The notes under the pieces are model-generated. The model saw only the letters and a list, made by a program, of their open reading frames with translations, searched no databases and had not been told where the DNA came from. Positions 16,161 to 25,669 of a stretch of 29,198 bases of DNA are shown in pieces. The stretch is from Planctomycetota bacterium (lineage in GTDB: Bacteria > Planctomycetota > Phycisphaerae > Phycisphaerales > SM1A02), in assembly GCA_041182645.1 (NCBI GenBank), contig JBEGNG010000025.1, forward strand, positions 1 to 29,198, written 5' to 3'. Position 1 is the first letter of the stretch; each line of letters begins with the position of its first letter. The translations under genes were made by a program, and so were the position numbers.

Positions 16161-17546
16161 GTGGATCCACTGCGTCAGCTGATGACCGCCGTCCTTGCCC
16201 TGCCCGTCGTGGCCTGTGCCGCCGTGGGCCCCCAGCAACCCGCCGATGCCAAGCCTGCCGATGCGCCAGCCGCGCAGGCCGGCGAGGCACCGAAGGCCGA
16301 CGCCCCCAAGGCGGATGATGGCACGGAGGCGGAGATCAAGAAGCTCCGCACCGAGGCCCAGCTGCGCGAGGAGCAGCTCTCGGCGGAACTCGCCCGCGTG
16401 CGCGCCGAGAAGGCGCGCCTCGACGCCAAGATGGCGCTCAACGCCTCGCAGCAGGCTGCCGCCAACGAACCCGAAGCCACCCGCCTCGCCGGCCTGCAGC
16501 GCGAGGCCCAGCTCCGCGCCGCCGCGCTCGATGCCGAGCTCGCCGCGGGGAACGCCGAGATGGTCCGCCTCAAGGCCGAGCAGGACCTGCTCGACATGCG
16601 GCACCGCGTCAAGCTGGCGAGCATGCGCCGGGAGCAGGAAGCCCTCGCCGCCGAGAACGCGCTCACGGCCGAGAAGCGCCGCGCCGAGCAGGCACGCCTG
16701 GCCGACGAGCAGATGCGCGTCGACATCGAGTCGCGCACCATGGCCGGCCGCCTCGCGCAGCGTGATGCGCAGGAGAAGCTCCGCGAAGGCGTCGACGCGC
16801 TCGATGCCTACCCCGAGCAGCCGTTCAAGGACGGCGTCATCACCGTCAGCGACCGTCGCATCTCGCTCAACGGCCCGATCGTGAGCGGCACGGCCGACTA
16901 CGTCTGCGACCGCCTCGACTGGTTCAACAACCAGGACCGCACCAAGCCGATCTTCATCGTGATCGACAATTCGCCCGGCGGCAGCGTCATGCAGGGCTAC
17001 CGCATCGTGAAGGCGATCGAGACGAGCGATGCCCCCGTGCACGTGATCGTGAAGAGCTTCGCCGCCAGCATGGCCGCGACGATCGCCACGCTCGCGCCGC
17101 ACAGCTACGCCTACCCCAACGCGATCATCCTGCACCACCAGATGTCCACCGGCATCTCGGGCAACATGACCGACATCGAGCAGGAAGTGAAGTCGGCGCA
17201 GGAGTGGGAACGCCGCCTCGCCGAGCCGATCGCCCGCAAGATGGGCATCTCGATGGCCGAGTTCAAGGAGCGCATGTACAAGGCGCGCAAGACCGGCGAC
17301 TGGGATGAGTTCGCCGACAACGCGGTGAAGCTCAAGTGGATCGACCACGTGGTCAACGAGATCCGCGAGGAAGGCATCCGCCGCAAGCCGAGCACCGCAC
17401 CGGCCGCACCGATGTGGGGCATGTTCGGCGTCAGCATGAAGCAGGACGAACAGGGCCGGCCGTACATGAGCCTGCCCCCGCTCGATCCGTACGACTACTA
17501 CTTCATGGTGAATCCGCGCGGCTTCTACCGCATCGAAGGCCGCTGA
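16161..17546 (+). CDS. ClpP-family (S14) serine protease with signal peptide and long coiled-coil N-terminal extension
   Basis: AGGAG SD before GTG. DNSPGGSV, FAASMA (Ser), LHHQ (His), GNMTDIE handle motif and GDW...AVKLKWID (Asp). Hydrophobic N-terminus and an Ala/Glu/Arg-rich heptad region. Confidence 0.88.
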   Translation: MDPLRQLMTAVLALPVVACAAVGPQQPADAKPADAPAAQAGEAPKADAPKADDGTEAEIKKLRTEAQLREEQLSAELARVRAEKARLDAKMALNASQQAAANEPEATRLAGLQREAQLRAAALDAELAAGNAEMVRLKAEQDLLDMRHRVKLASMRREQEALAAENALTAEKRRAEQARLADEQMRVDIESRTMAGRLAQRDAQEKLREGVDALDAYPEQPFKDGVITVSDRRISLNGPIVSGTADYVCDRLDWFNNQDRTKPIFIVIDNSPGGSVMQGYRIVKAIETSDAPVHVIVKSFAASMAATIATLAPHSYAYPNAIILHHQMSTGISGNMTDIEQEVKSAQEWERRLAEPIARKMGISMAEFKERMYKARKTGDWDEFADNAVKLKWIDHVVNEIREEGIRRKPSTAPAAPMWGMFGVSMKQDEQGRPYMSLPPLDPYDYYFMVNPRGFYRIEGR

Positions 17547-17580
17547 ACGGCCGATTCACGGATCCATGCCGGACCCATGC

Positions 17581-17617
17581 ACCGGGCGGCGCCGCAAGGC
17601 GTCGCCCGGTTCTCGTT
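17581..17617. terminator. hairpin between convergent ClpP-like gene and leuS (possible bidirectional terminator)
   Basis: 13-bp stem ACCGGGCGGCGCC / GGCGTCGCCCGGT (one G-U pair on the + strand RNA) with a GCAA tetraloop, followed by TCTCGTT. Confidence 0.6.
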
Positions 17618-17671
17618 GGGGCACGGTCCACCGAATCCACGGCGCATCAACGGACGGGGCGGCGACCGTGA

Positions 17672-20453
17672 TCAGAGCACCAGGTTCACCATGCGGCCCG
17701 GCACCACGATCACCTTGCGCGGGGTCTTGCCCGCCAGGTGCGGCAGCACGTCGGCGTGGCCGAGCGCGATCGCCTCGACCTGTGCGGCATCGGCCTTCGT
17801 CGGCACCATGATGCGGGCCCGGACCTTGCCCATGACCTGCACGGCGATCTCGACCTCGTCGTCGACGAGCATCGATGGGTCGGCGAGCGGCCACGGTGCG
17901 TGCACGACGAACCCCGACCCGCCGAGCTTCGCCCAGAGTTCCTCGGCGGCGTGCGGCGCGAACGGCGCCAGGATCCGGACGAAACGCTCGAGCTGGGCGT
18001 GCGTCAGGCCGCCGTCGGCCGGGTCCTTCATCTCCTGCGGGCGCGTCGCCGCATTGACGAATTCGATCATCGAGGCGATCGCGGTGTTGAAGGCGAGCTT
18101 GTCGATGTCCGCGGTCACCTTGTGCACGGTGCGGTGCAGCAGGCGCTCGATGGCCGGGTCGGGCTGTCGCGCCGTCAGCAGGCCGCCGGTGCGCTCGTCG
18201 ACCGCCAGGCGCCAGGCCCGCTGCAGGAACCGGTGCACGCCCGCGATGTCGCGCGTGTTCCAGGGCTTGCTCGCCTCGAGCGGACCCATCGACATCTCGT
18301 AGAGCCGGAAGGTGTCGGCGCCGTATTCGGCGATGACATCATCGGGATTGATGACGTTGCGAAGGCTCTTCGACATCTTCGCGATCACCTGCGTGACCGG
18401 TCCCCCGCCGCGCTCATGGTGGCCGCCGTCGCGCTCCTCCACCTGGTCCACCGCAGGCCGTGAGCATGCCCTGGTGGAAGAGCCGGCCGAAGGGTTCGGG
18501 CGTGCCCACATGGCCCAGGTCGAAGAGGACCTTGTGCCAGAAGCGCGCGTACAGGAGGTGCAGCACCGCGTGCTCGGCACCGCCCACGTACAGGTCGACG
18601 CCGCCGGCGTGCAGGCTGCCGTCGCTGCGCTGGCTCTGCAGCCAGTAGCGCTCGGCACCATCCGACAGCATGCGCGACCCATTCGCCGGATCGCAGTACC
18701 GAAGGTAGTACCAGCACGAACCTGCCCAGCCGGGCATGGTGTTCGTCTCGCGGCGCACGCGCGTGGCCGGCGGCAGCAGCGCGGGATCCACCCCTGCCTC
18801 GCCGGCGGTCGTCTCGACCCATGCCGTGGCCTTGCCGAGCGGCGGCACCGGCACGTCGCTCTCGATCGGCTTGTAGTCGGCGAGCTCCGGGAGCACCACG
18901 GGCAGCGCTTGCTCGGACACGGGGTAGTGCCGGCCAGCCTCGTCGTAGACGATCGGGAACGGCTCGCCCCAGTAGCGCTGCCGGCTGAAGAGCCAGTCGC
19001 GCAGCTTGTAGTTCACGCGGCGGGCACCACGCCCCGCCTTGGCGAGCCAGTCGATGACCGATGCCTTGGCCCGGGTGGTGTCGAGCCCATCGATCGTGAG
19101 CGACGGCCCGCTGCTGTTGCACGCGACGCCGTGGCCCGCGGTCGCCGCGGACCCATCGAAGGGCTGCCCCGCGATCTCGACGACCTGGCGTACCGGCAGG
19201 CCGAACGCCGCGGCGAACTCGAAGTCGCGCTCATCATGCGCGGGCACGGCCATGATCGCTCCGGTGCCGTACCCCATGAGCACGTAGTCGGCCGTCCAGA
19301 CGGGAATCGACGCGCCGGTCGCCGGATTCACCGCACGAAGGCCGGTGTCGACGCCGGTCTTCTGCTTCGTGTCCGCCTGGCGGTCGACGTCGCTGCGGTT
19401 CGCGGCGACCGCCGCGTACGCACGCACGGCCTCCGCGCGCGCGCCGCCGGCGTCGATCGCGGCCTTGACCAGCGGGTGCTCGGGCGCCACGACCATGTAG
19501 GTCGCACCGAAGAGCGTGTCCGGGCGCGTGGTGAAGACCCGCAGCGCGCCGAACCCCGCGACCTCGAAGTCGATCTCCGCCCCTTCGCTGCGGCCGATCC
19601 ACTCCGCCTGCATCGTCCTGGTGCTGTCGGGCCAGTCGACGAGGTCGAGGTCGGACAGCAGGCGCTCGGCGTAGGCCGTGATGCGGAACATCCACTGCCG
19701 CAGCGGCATGCGCAGCACCGGGTAGCCGCCGCGCTCGCTCTTGCCGTCGATGACTTCCTCGTTGGCGAGCACGGTGCCGAGCTTCGGGCACCAGTTGACG
19801 GTCTGCTCGCCGAGGTAGGCGAGGCGGTGACGGTCGAGGAACGCGCACCGCGCGGCATCGTCGAGCGTGGACCAGGCCTTGCCGTCGACCGTGCGACGGC
19901 CCGCGGCGAGATCGGCCTCGAGCTCCGCGATGGGACGGGCGCGGCCGGCCTCGGCGTCGTACCAGGCCCCGTAGCACTGCAGCCAGATCCACTGCGTCCA
20001 CCGGTAGTAGTCGGGGTCGATCGTCGCGAACTCGCGCGACCAGTCGTAGCAGAAGCCGAAGCGCTGCAGCTGGCGACGGTAGGTGTCGATCGCCTTGCGC
20101 GTCGTCACCGCAGGATGCACGCCGGTCTGCACCGCGTACTGCTCGGCAGGCAGGCCGAACGCATCCCAGCCCATCGGGTGGAGGACGTTGAAGCCCTGCA
20201 TGCGTCGCGCGCGGCAGATGATGTCGGTGGCGATGTAGCCCAGCGGATGGCCCACGTGCAGGCCCGCTCCCGATGGGTACGGGAACATGTCGAGGCAGTA
20301 GAACTTCGGCCGCGAGCCATCGAAGCCGGCGTCGCCGGGGTTCGGCGTGCGGTAGGCCCCTGCCGCGTCCCACGCCCCCTGCCAGCGCAGCTCGAGCTCG
20401 TTGGCCATCGCGGCGCCGTAGCGGAAGGGTGTCTCGTTGCGTGGCTCGTCCAT
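17672..20453 (-). CDS. leuS: leucine--tRNA ligase, interrupted by an apparent frameshift at about 18455
   Basis: [14 protein letters not shown] (HIGH), CP1 editing motifs ([19 protein letters not shown]), [20 protein letters not shown] and FHQGM are in one frame. KMSKS, NTAIASM and VPGRMVNLV are in another. Confidence 0.96.
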
Positions 20454-20524
20454 GGGAGCGAAAGCCTACCCGTGCGCCCCCGTGGGGTCGCGACGGCACC
20501 CGAACGCCGCAGTGCGACGCGGGC

Positions 20525-22249
20525 TCAGCCGATGCGCCGCTGGTTCACGAGCCGCATCGCCTCGCCGACGAGGTAGAAGCTGCCCGTGACGCAGATCAGG
20601 TCCTCGCGGCCGACCGCACGCATGGCCACCTCGAGCGCCTCGCCGAGCGAACGGGCGACCTGGCTCATCTTGCCGCTGCGCTCGGCGAACATGCGCTGGA
20701 GCTCGTTCGGGTCGGCAGCGCGCGGCGTGCCGGCGGCCCGCGTGAAGATGACCTTGTCGGCACCCAGGTGCACCTTGTCGAGCAGGCCGGCCATGTCCTT
20801 GTCGCGGCAGCAGCCGAAGATGCAGACCATGCTGTCGTACGGCACGTGCGCACCGACGCAGCGCATGAGCGTGCCGACGCTGGCCGGGTTGTGGGCGCCG
20901 TCGACGAGGATGCGCGGGCGCTCGGCGATCAGCTCCATGCGGCCGCGGATCCGGGTGGCCATCAGGCCCAGGCTGACCTTGTCGTCGGGGCAGGCGAAGC
21001 CGGCCGACTTGAGCACGTCGATCGCCGCGAGCGCGAGCCCGCAGTTGGCCGCCTGGTGCTCGCCCGGCAGCGGCACCGGCAGGTGCTCCAGGCGCGTGGT
21101 GCGCGTGTAGAAGCAGACGCGCGTGTGGGCGCCGAGGTCCGGCGTCGTGCAGAACCGGCTGCTGAACTCGATGTCCTTGTTGACGATCATCAGCGGCGCG
21201 CCGACCTGGGCGGCGACCTCGCGGAAGACGGCCTCGACCTCGGGCTGGGACTCGAAGGCGAGCGCGGGGACGCCCGCCTTGAAGATGCCGGCCTTCTCGC
21301 GGGCGATCGACTTGAGGTCCTTGCCGAGGACGCGGGTGTGGTCGAGGTCGATCGAGGTGACCACGGACACCAGCGGCGTGATGACGTTGGTGCAGTCGAG
21401 CCGGCCGCCCAGGCCGACCTCGACGACGGCGATGTCGACGGCCTGCTCGGCGAAGTGCACGAACGACAGCGCCGTCATGAGCTCGAAGAACGTCGGCTCG
21501 AAGGGGAGCTTGCCGGCGGCCTTGGCCACGCGGCGCATCAGGTCGAGGAAGTCCGCCTCGCTCGGCATGGCGCCGTTGATCGTCACGCGCTCGCGCACGT
21601 CGACGAGGTGCGGGCTGACGTACTGGCCCACCGCGTAGCCGCAGGCCTGCAGCATGGCGCTCACCATGGCGACCGTGCTGCCCTTGCCGTTGGTGCCCGC
21701 GACGTGCACGCACTTGACCTGTTCGTGCGGGTTGCCCAGCACGTCGAGCAGCTTGCGCATGCGGTCGAGCTTGAACGGCTCGTCGCTGTACTGGACGGTG
21801 TGCAGGCGCTCGAGGTCCACGCGCTCATGCAGCCACTTCAGCGCCACCGAGTAGTCGCTGAAGTCGCCCCGGCGCGCCTTCGTCTGTTCGCTCTTGGAGA
21901 GTTCGCTCGTGCGGTGCTCGGCCAGCTTGGGCTCGAGCGGCTCCTCGGCGCGCACCGGTGCGGAACCACGCATCGCCGGGACGCCGATGAGCGGAACGTG
22001 CGTCACGGGCGCCTCGTCGAGGATGTTCTTCGGTGCCGCGGGCTTCGCGACCGGGGCCGCTGACTTGACCGGCTTCGTCACTGCGGCCGTGGACTTCGGT
22101 GCCGCGGCGGGAGCCTTGCCCGATGGGGCCTTGGGTGGCTTCGCGACCGCGGCGACGGACTTCGACGCCGCCTTCGGTGCCGGCTTGGCCTTGCCCTGCT
22201 TGCTCGTGGTGCGGGAACCGCTGCTCGACGTGGCGCTCTTCCTCGACAT
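20525..22249 (-). CDS. folC: bifunctional folylpolyglutamate synthase/dihydrofolate synthase with long basic N-terminal extension
   Basis: HVAGTNGKGST, SPHL, FFELMTA, EVGLGGRLDCTN, DGAHNP and CVTGSFYLVG. ATG 22249 is chosen because TAGACT lies 7 nt upstream. Confidence 0.93.
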   Translation of the reverse strand: MSRKSATSSSGSRTTSKQGKAKPAPKAASKSVAAVAKPPKAPSGKAPAAAPKSTAAVTKPVKSAAPVAKPAAPKNILDEAPVTHVPLIGVPAMRGSAPVRAEEPLEPKLAEHRTSELSKSEQTKARRGDFSDYSVALKWLHERVDLERLHTVQYSDEPFKLDRMRKLLDVLGNPHEQVKCVHVAGTNGKGSTVAMVSAMLQACGYAVGQYVSPHLVDVRERVTINGAMPSEADFLDLMRRVAKAAGKLPFEPTFFELMTALSFVHFAEQAVDIAVVEVGLGGRLDCTNVITPLVSVVTSIDLDHTRVLGKDLKSIAREKAGIFKAGVPALAFESQPEVEAVFREVAAQVGAPLMIVNKDIEFSSRFCTTPDLGAHTRVCFYTRTTRLEHLPVPLPGEHQAANCGLALAAIDVLKSAGFACPDDKVSLGLMATRIRGRMELIAERPRILVDGAHNPASVGTLMRCVGAHVPYDSMVCIFGCCRDKDMAGLLDKVHLGADKVIFTRAAGTPRAADPNELQRMFAERSGKMSQVARSLGEALEVAMRAVGREDLICVTGSFYLVGEAMRLVNQRRIG

Positions 22250-22364
22250 CCGCGCGAGTCTAGCGATCGGCCGCATTCGACGCAAAACGCCCGGCGCAAC
22301 CCGTTGCCGTGCATGGAGTTGCGTCATTCGTTCCGAGAACGGTGCATGCATAGCATGGGCCATC

Positions 22365-23159
22365 ATGAACGCGCCCCACCCCCACGACCACGTGAACTAC
22401 GCCCGCGAATCCTGGCGCGCCCTGCGCATGATGAGCGAGTTCGTCGACGCCACCGATGCCCTGGCGCGCGTCGGCCCCGGCGTGAGCATCTTCGGCAGCG
22501 CGCGCACGGCGAAGGAAGCCCCCGAGTACGCGGCCGCCGAGGAGTGCGGCCGCCTGCTCGTCGGCCGCGGCTTCCCCGTCATCACCGGTGGCGGTCCGGG
22601 CATCATGGAAGCAGGCAACAAGGGTGCGCTCGAGGCCGGCGGCGTGAGTGTCGGCCTGAACATCACGCTGCCGCGCGAGCAGGAACCGAACCCCTACCAA
22701 TCGATCGAGCTCTCCTTCCGCTACTTCTTCATCCGCAAGGTGATGTTCGTCAAGCACTCGCGCGGGTTCATCATCTTCCCGGGCGGCATGGGCACGATGG
22801 ACGAGGCGTTCGAGAGCCTCACGCTCATCCAGACGATGAAGATCGCGCCGTTCCCCGTCGTGTTCGTGGACAAGGCGTTCTGGGGCGGGCTCTTCGACTG
22901 GATCCGCGGCACGATGCTCGAGCGCAACAAGGCGATCAGCCCCGACGACTTCGAGCTCTTCCACCTGACCGACAGCGTCCACGAGGCCGTGGACATCGTG
23001 CACCAGGTCCACCTGGGCACGCGCCCCTGGGCGACGAAGCTGCCGAGGTTCGAGGCCGTCGAGTCCCGACCGGCGCAGGCCCCGCGCGGCAGGCCGACGA
23101 GCCGCCGCTCGTGGCGCACGGGCGACGAGTACATGGGTGCCACCGACGACTTCGAGTGA
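22365..23159 (+). CDS. LOG family (TIGR00730-type) Rossmann-fold protein
   Basis: SIFGSAR, ITGGGPGIMEAGN, FRYFFIRKVMFVK and PGGMGTMDEAFE (PGGxGTxxE). Confidence 0.92.
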   Translation: MNAPHPHDHVNYARESWRALRMMSEFVDATDALARVGPGVSIFGSARTAKEAPEYAAAEECGRLLVGRGFPVITGGGPGIMEAGNKGALEAGGVSVGLNITLPREQEPNPYQSIELSFRYFFIRKVMFVKHSRGFIIFPGGMGTMDEAFESLTLIQTMKIAPFPVVFVDKAFWGGLFDWIRGTMLERNKAISPDDFELFHLTDSVHEAVDIVHQVHLGTRPWATKLPRFEAVESRPAQAPRGRPTSRRSWRTGDEYMGATDDFE

Positions 23160-23162
23160 GCC

Positions 23163-25661
23163 TCAGCGCCATTCGTGGCGCGGGTAGCGCCGCTTGAGCG
23201 CGGGAACGATCTCGGGGTAGAGCCTCGTCCAGAAGCCCGGCAGGTCGGCCGTGACCTGCAGCGGCCTGAAGTTCGGGCCGAGGATCTCGAGCAGCACCGG
23301 CACACGCCCGCCCGCGACGGACGGATGCGCCGTGGTGTCGTAGAAGTCCTGGATCTTCGCGCGACCGCGCGGCGGCTTGCCGGCCTCGTACTCGATCTTC
23401 ATGCCGAAGCCGCGCGTGAGCTTCACGGTGGTCGGCGCCATGCGCTCGACGAAGCGGCGGTCCTCATGGGTCAGCAGGTCCTTCAGGTGCTCGAGCACCG
23501 GGCGCTCCCGGAGCTGGCTCCACCGCGTGGCCCCGTGCGCCCAGTCCGACCAGACCAGCCGCAGCTCGGCTTCGTCGTACGCGGGCAGCTCGTGCTCCGG
23601 GCACCACTCGCGCACCGAGCGCACGCGCTCGATCCACTGCCGTGCGTCATCATCGAGGCGCTCGGGCACGAGCTCGCCCGCGAGCACGAGCGACGCGATG
23701 ACCTCGCTCGCGCGGCCCGTGTCGCGCGGCGGGCGGACCGTGCGGCCCAGGACCACCTCGTCGAACCGCTCCTCCTCGACCTCCTCCACCGCCATGCTGC
23801 CGGGCTCCCAGCGTTCCTCGACGGTGCGCGTGAAGCGCTGCGGCAGCGCCTCGCGGACCCAGGCTTCGTCGAGCCCGATCGTCATCGACAGCGTCGACTC
23901 CTGCACCTCGGTGCCGCCTCCCTCGCGCACGTCGAGCGCGAGGAACGGCCCGGCGCCGCGCAAGGCGCTCCGCCGGTCGATCGCCACCTTGCGACGGCCC
24001 GCCAGGTGCGCCGTGGCCTTCTGCGCATCGGGTCGCCATGCCACCAGGTCGGGGAAGCCCGCCAGCATCGACTGCGCGCAGTCGGCGTCGTCGACGCCGG
24101 ACTGGTCATCCGATCCCACGGACTCGAGCAGGTGCGAGGCCACGCGGCGCGCCTCGCGCGCGGCATCGGGGTCGAGCAGGCCGCGGCCATCGCCCCGCGG
24201 ATCACCCAGCAGGCGCTCGCGGAGCACGACGTCGCCGGGCCGGTCGCCGGCGTGCAGCACCTGCACCGGGTCCACGCCGTCGCGGGCCAGCACGTCGCGC
24301 CCCTCGGCCATCGAGCACCAGGTCGCGACGCGGCGCGCGCAGCCGCGGCGGGCGGCCTCGACCATGGCGCGACCGATGCGCGGGTGGGCAGGCACGCGCA
24401 GCACCTCGCGCCCGAGCGGGGTGATCGCGCCGGCGCCGTCGACCGCGCCGATGGTGCGCAGCACCTCCATCGACCGCGCGACCATCGCCGGATCCGGCGG
24501 ATCGAGCCATGGGAAGGATGCAGGGTCGGCCTCGCCCATCGATGCCAGGTGCAGCAGCGGGCCTGCAAGTTCCACCCGGCGCACCTCGGGTACGTCGAAG
24601 GCCGGGCGGCGTGCATGGGAACGCTCGCCCCAGAGCCGCAGGCAGGTCCCCGCGCGCGTGCGCCCCGCGCGACCGGCGCGCTGCTCGGCGCTGGCACGGC
24701 TGGTCTCCTCGAGACGAAGCGCGTTGAAGTTCCGTCGCGGGTCGAACCGGTGCATGCGGACCAGGCCGCCGTCGATCACGATGCCGATGCCGTCGATCGT
24801 GAGGCTGGTCTCGGCGACGTTGGTCGCCACCACGACCTTGCGCTGGCCCCGCGGCGCCGGCACCAGCGCGCGATCCTGTTCCTCGGGCGTGAGCTGGCCG
24901 TGCAGGGGCAGCACGAGCATCGGCTCGCCGCGGCGGCGTGCGAGCGCCGACATGGCTTCCATCGTGCGGTCGATCTCGGCCTTCCCCGGCATGAAGACCA
25001 GCACGTCGCCGTCGAGGCCCTCGTCCAGGGCAAGGGCCAGGGCGGCGGCGGCGCGGTCCTCGATCGACTCGCCCTGCCGACCGTCCCCGAGCAGGCGCTT
25101 CTCCACCGGGAAGACGCGGCCCTCGCTCGTGAGCGGCTCCACCCCGAACGCCTCGCCGAGCCGGGCATGCTCGAGCGTGGCGCTCATCACGACCAGCCGC
25201 AGATCCGGCCGCTGCATGCGCTGCAGCCTGCGGACGAACCCGGCGGCCATGTCGGTGTGCAGGCCGCGCTCGTGGAACTCATCGAGCACCACGCATCCGA
25301 CGCCCCGGAGCGTGGGATCGGCTTGGAGCTGGCGCACGAAGAGGCCGTCGGTCACGAAGCGGATCCGCGTGGATGGGCCGACCGCACGCTCGAAGCGCGT
25401 CTGGAAGCCGACGAGCCCACCGAGTTCGACGCCCATCTCCTGCGCCACGCGTCGTGCCACGCTGCGCGCGGCGAGCCGCCGCGGCTGCAGCACGACGATG
25501 CCGCCGTCGACGAGACCGCGTTCCAGCAGGATCTGCGGGACCTGCGTGGTCTTGCCGCTGCCGGTCTCGGCGCTCAGCACGAGCGTCGGCTGAGCACGCA
25601 GGCGCGCCGCAAGTTCCTCCGCAAGCCGACGGACGGGCAGGCTCTCGCCCGGGTGGGCCAT
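23163..25661 (-). CDS. hrpB: ATP-dependent RNA helicase HrpB
   Basis: AETGSGKTT, QPRRLAAR, DEFHER, MSATL, ATNVAETSLTIDG, AEQRAGRAGR and C-terminal YPRHEW. The true start is ATG 25661; the 1040-aa ORF over-extends upstream. Confidence 0.93.
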   Translation of the reverse strand: MAHPGESLPVRRLAEELAARLRAQPTLVLSAETGSGKTTQVPQILLERGLVDGGIVVLQPRRLAARSVARRVAQEMGVELGGLVGFQTRFERAVGPSTRIRFVTDGLFVRQLQADPTLRGVGCVVLDEFHERGLHTDMAAGFVRRLQRMQRPDLRLVVMSATLEHARLGEAFGVEPLTSEGRVFPVEKRLLGDGRQGESIEDRAAAALALALDEGLDGDVLVFMPGKAEIDRTMEAMSALARRRGEPMLVLPLHGQLTPEEQDRALVPAPRGQRKVVVATNVAETSLTIDGIGIVIDGGLVRMHRFDPRRNFNALRLEETSRASAEQRAGRAGRTRAGTCLRLWGERSHARRPAFDVPEVRRVELAGPLLHLASMGEADPASFPWLDPPDPAMVARSMEVLRTIGAVDGAGAITPLGREVLRVPAHPRIGRAMVEAARRGCARRVATWCSMAEGRDVLARDGVDPVQVLHAGDRPGDVVLRERLLGDPRGDGRGLLDPDAAREARRVASHLLESVGSDDQSGVDDADCAQSMLAGFPDLVAWRPDAQKATAHLAGRRKVAIDRRSALRGAGPFLALDVREGGGTEVQESTLSMTIGLDEAWVREALPQRFTRTVEERWEPGSMAVEEVEEERFDEVVLGRTVRPPRDTGRASEVIASLVLAGELVPERLDDDARQWIERVRSVREWCPEHELPAYDEAELRLVWSDWAHGATRWSQLRERPVLEHLKDLLTHEDRRFVERMAPTTVKLTRGFGMKIEYEAGKPPRGRAKIQDFYDTTAHPSVAGGRVPVLLEILGPNFRPLQVTADLPGFWTRLYPEIVPALKRRYPRHEWR

Positions 25662-25669
25662 CGGATGCC

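Noticed and set aside
17547-17671. Imperfect repeats (CGGATCCATGC / CGGACCCATGC) between the ClpP-like gene and leuS as a small RNA or REP-like element
   Set aside because: They are short and degenerate and are not repeated elsewhere in the window; only the GCAA hairpin is supportable.
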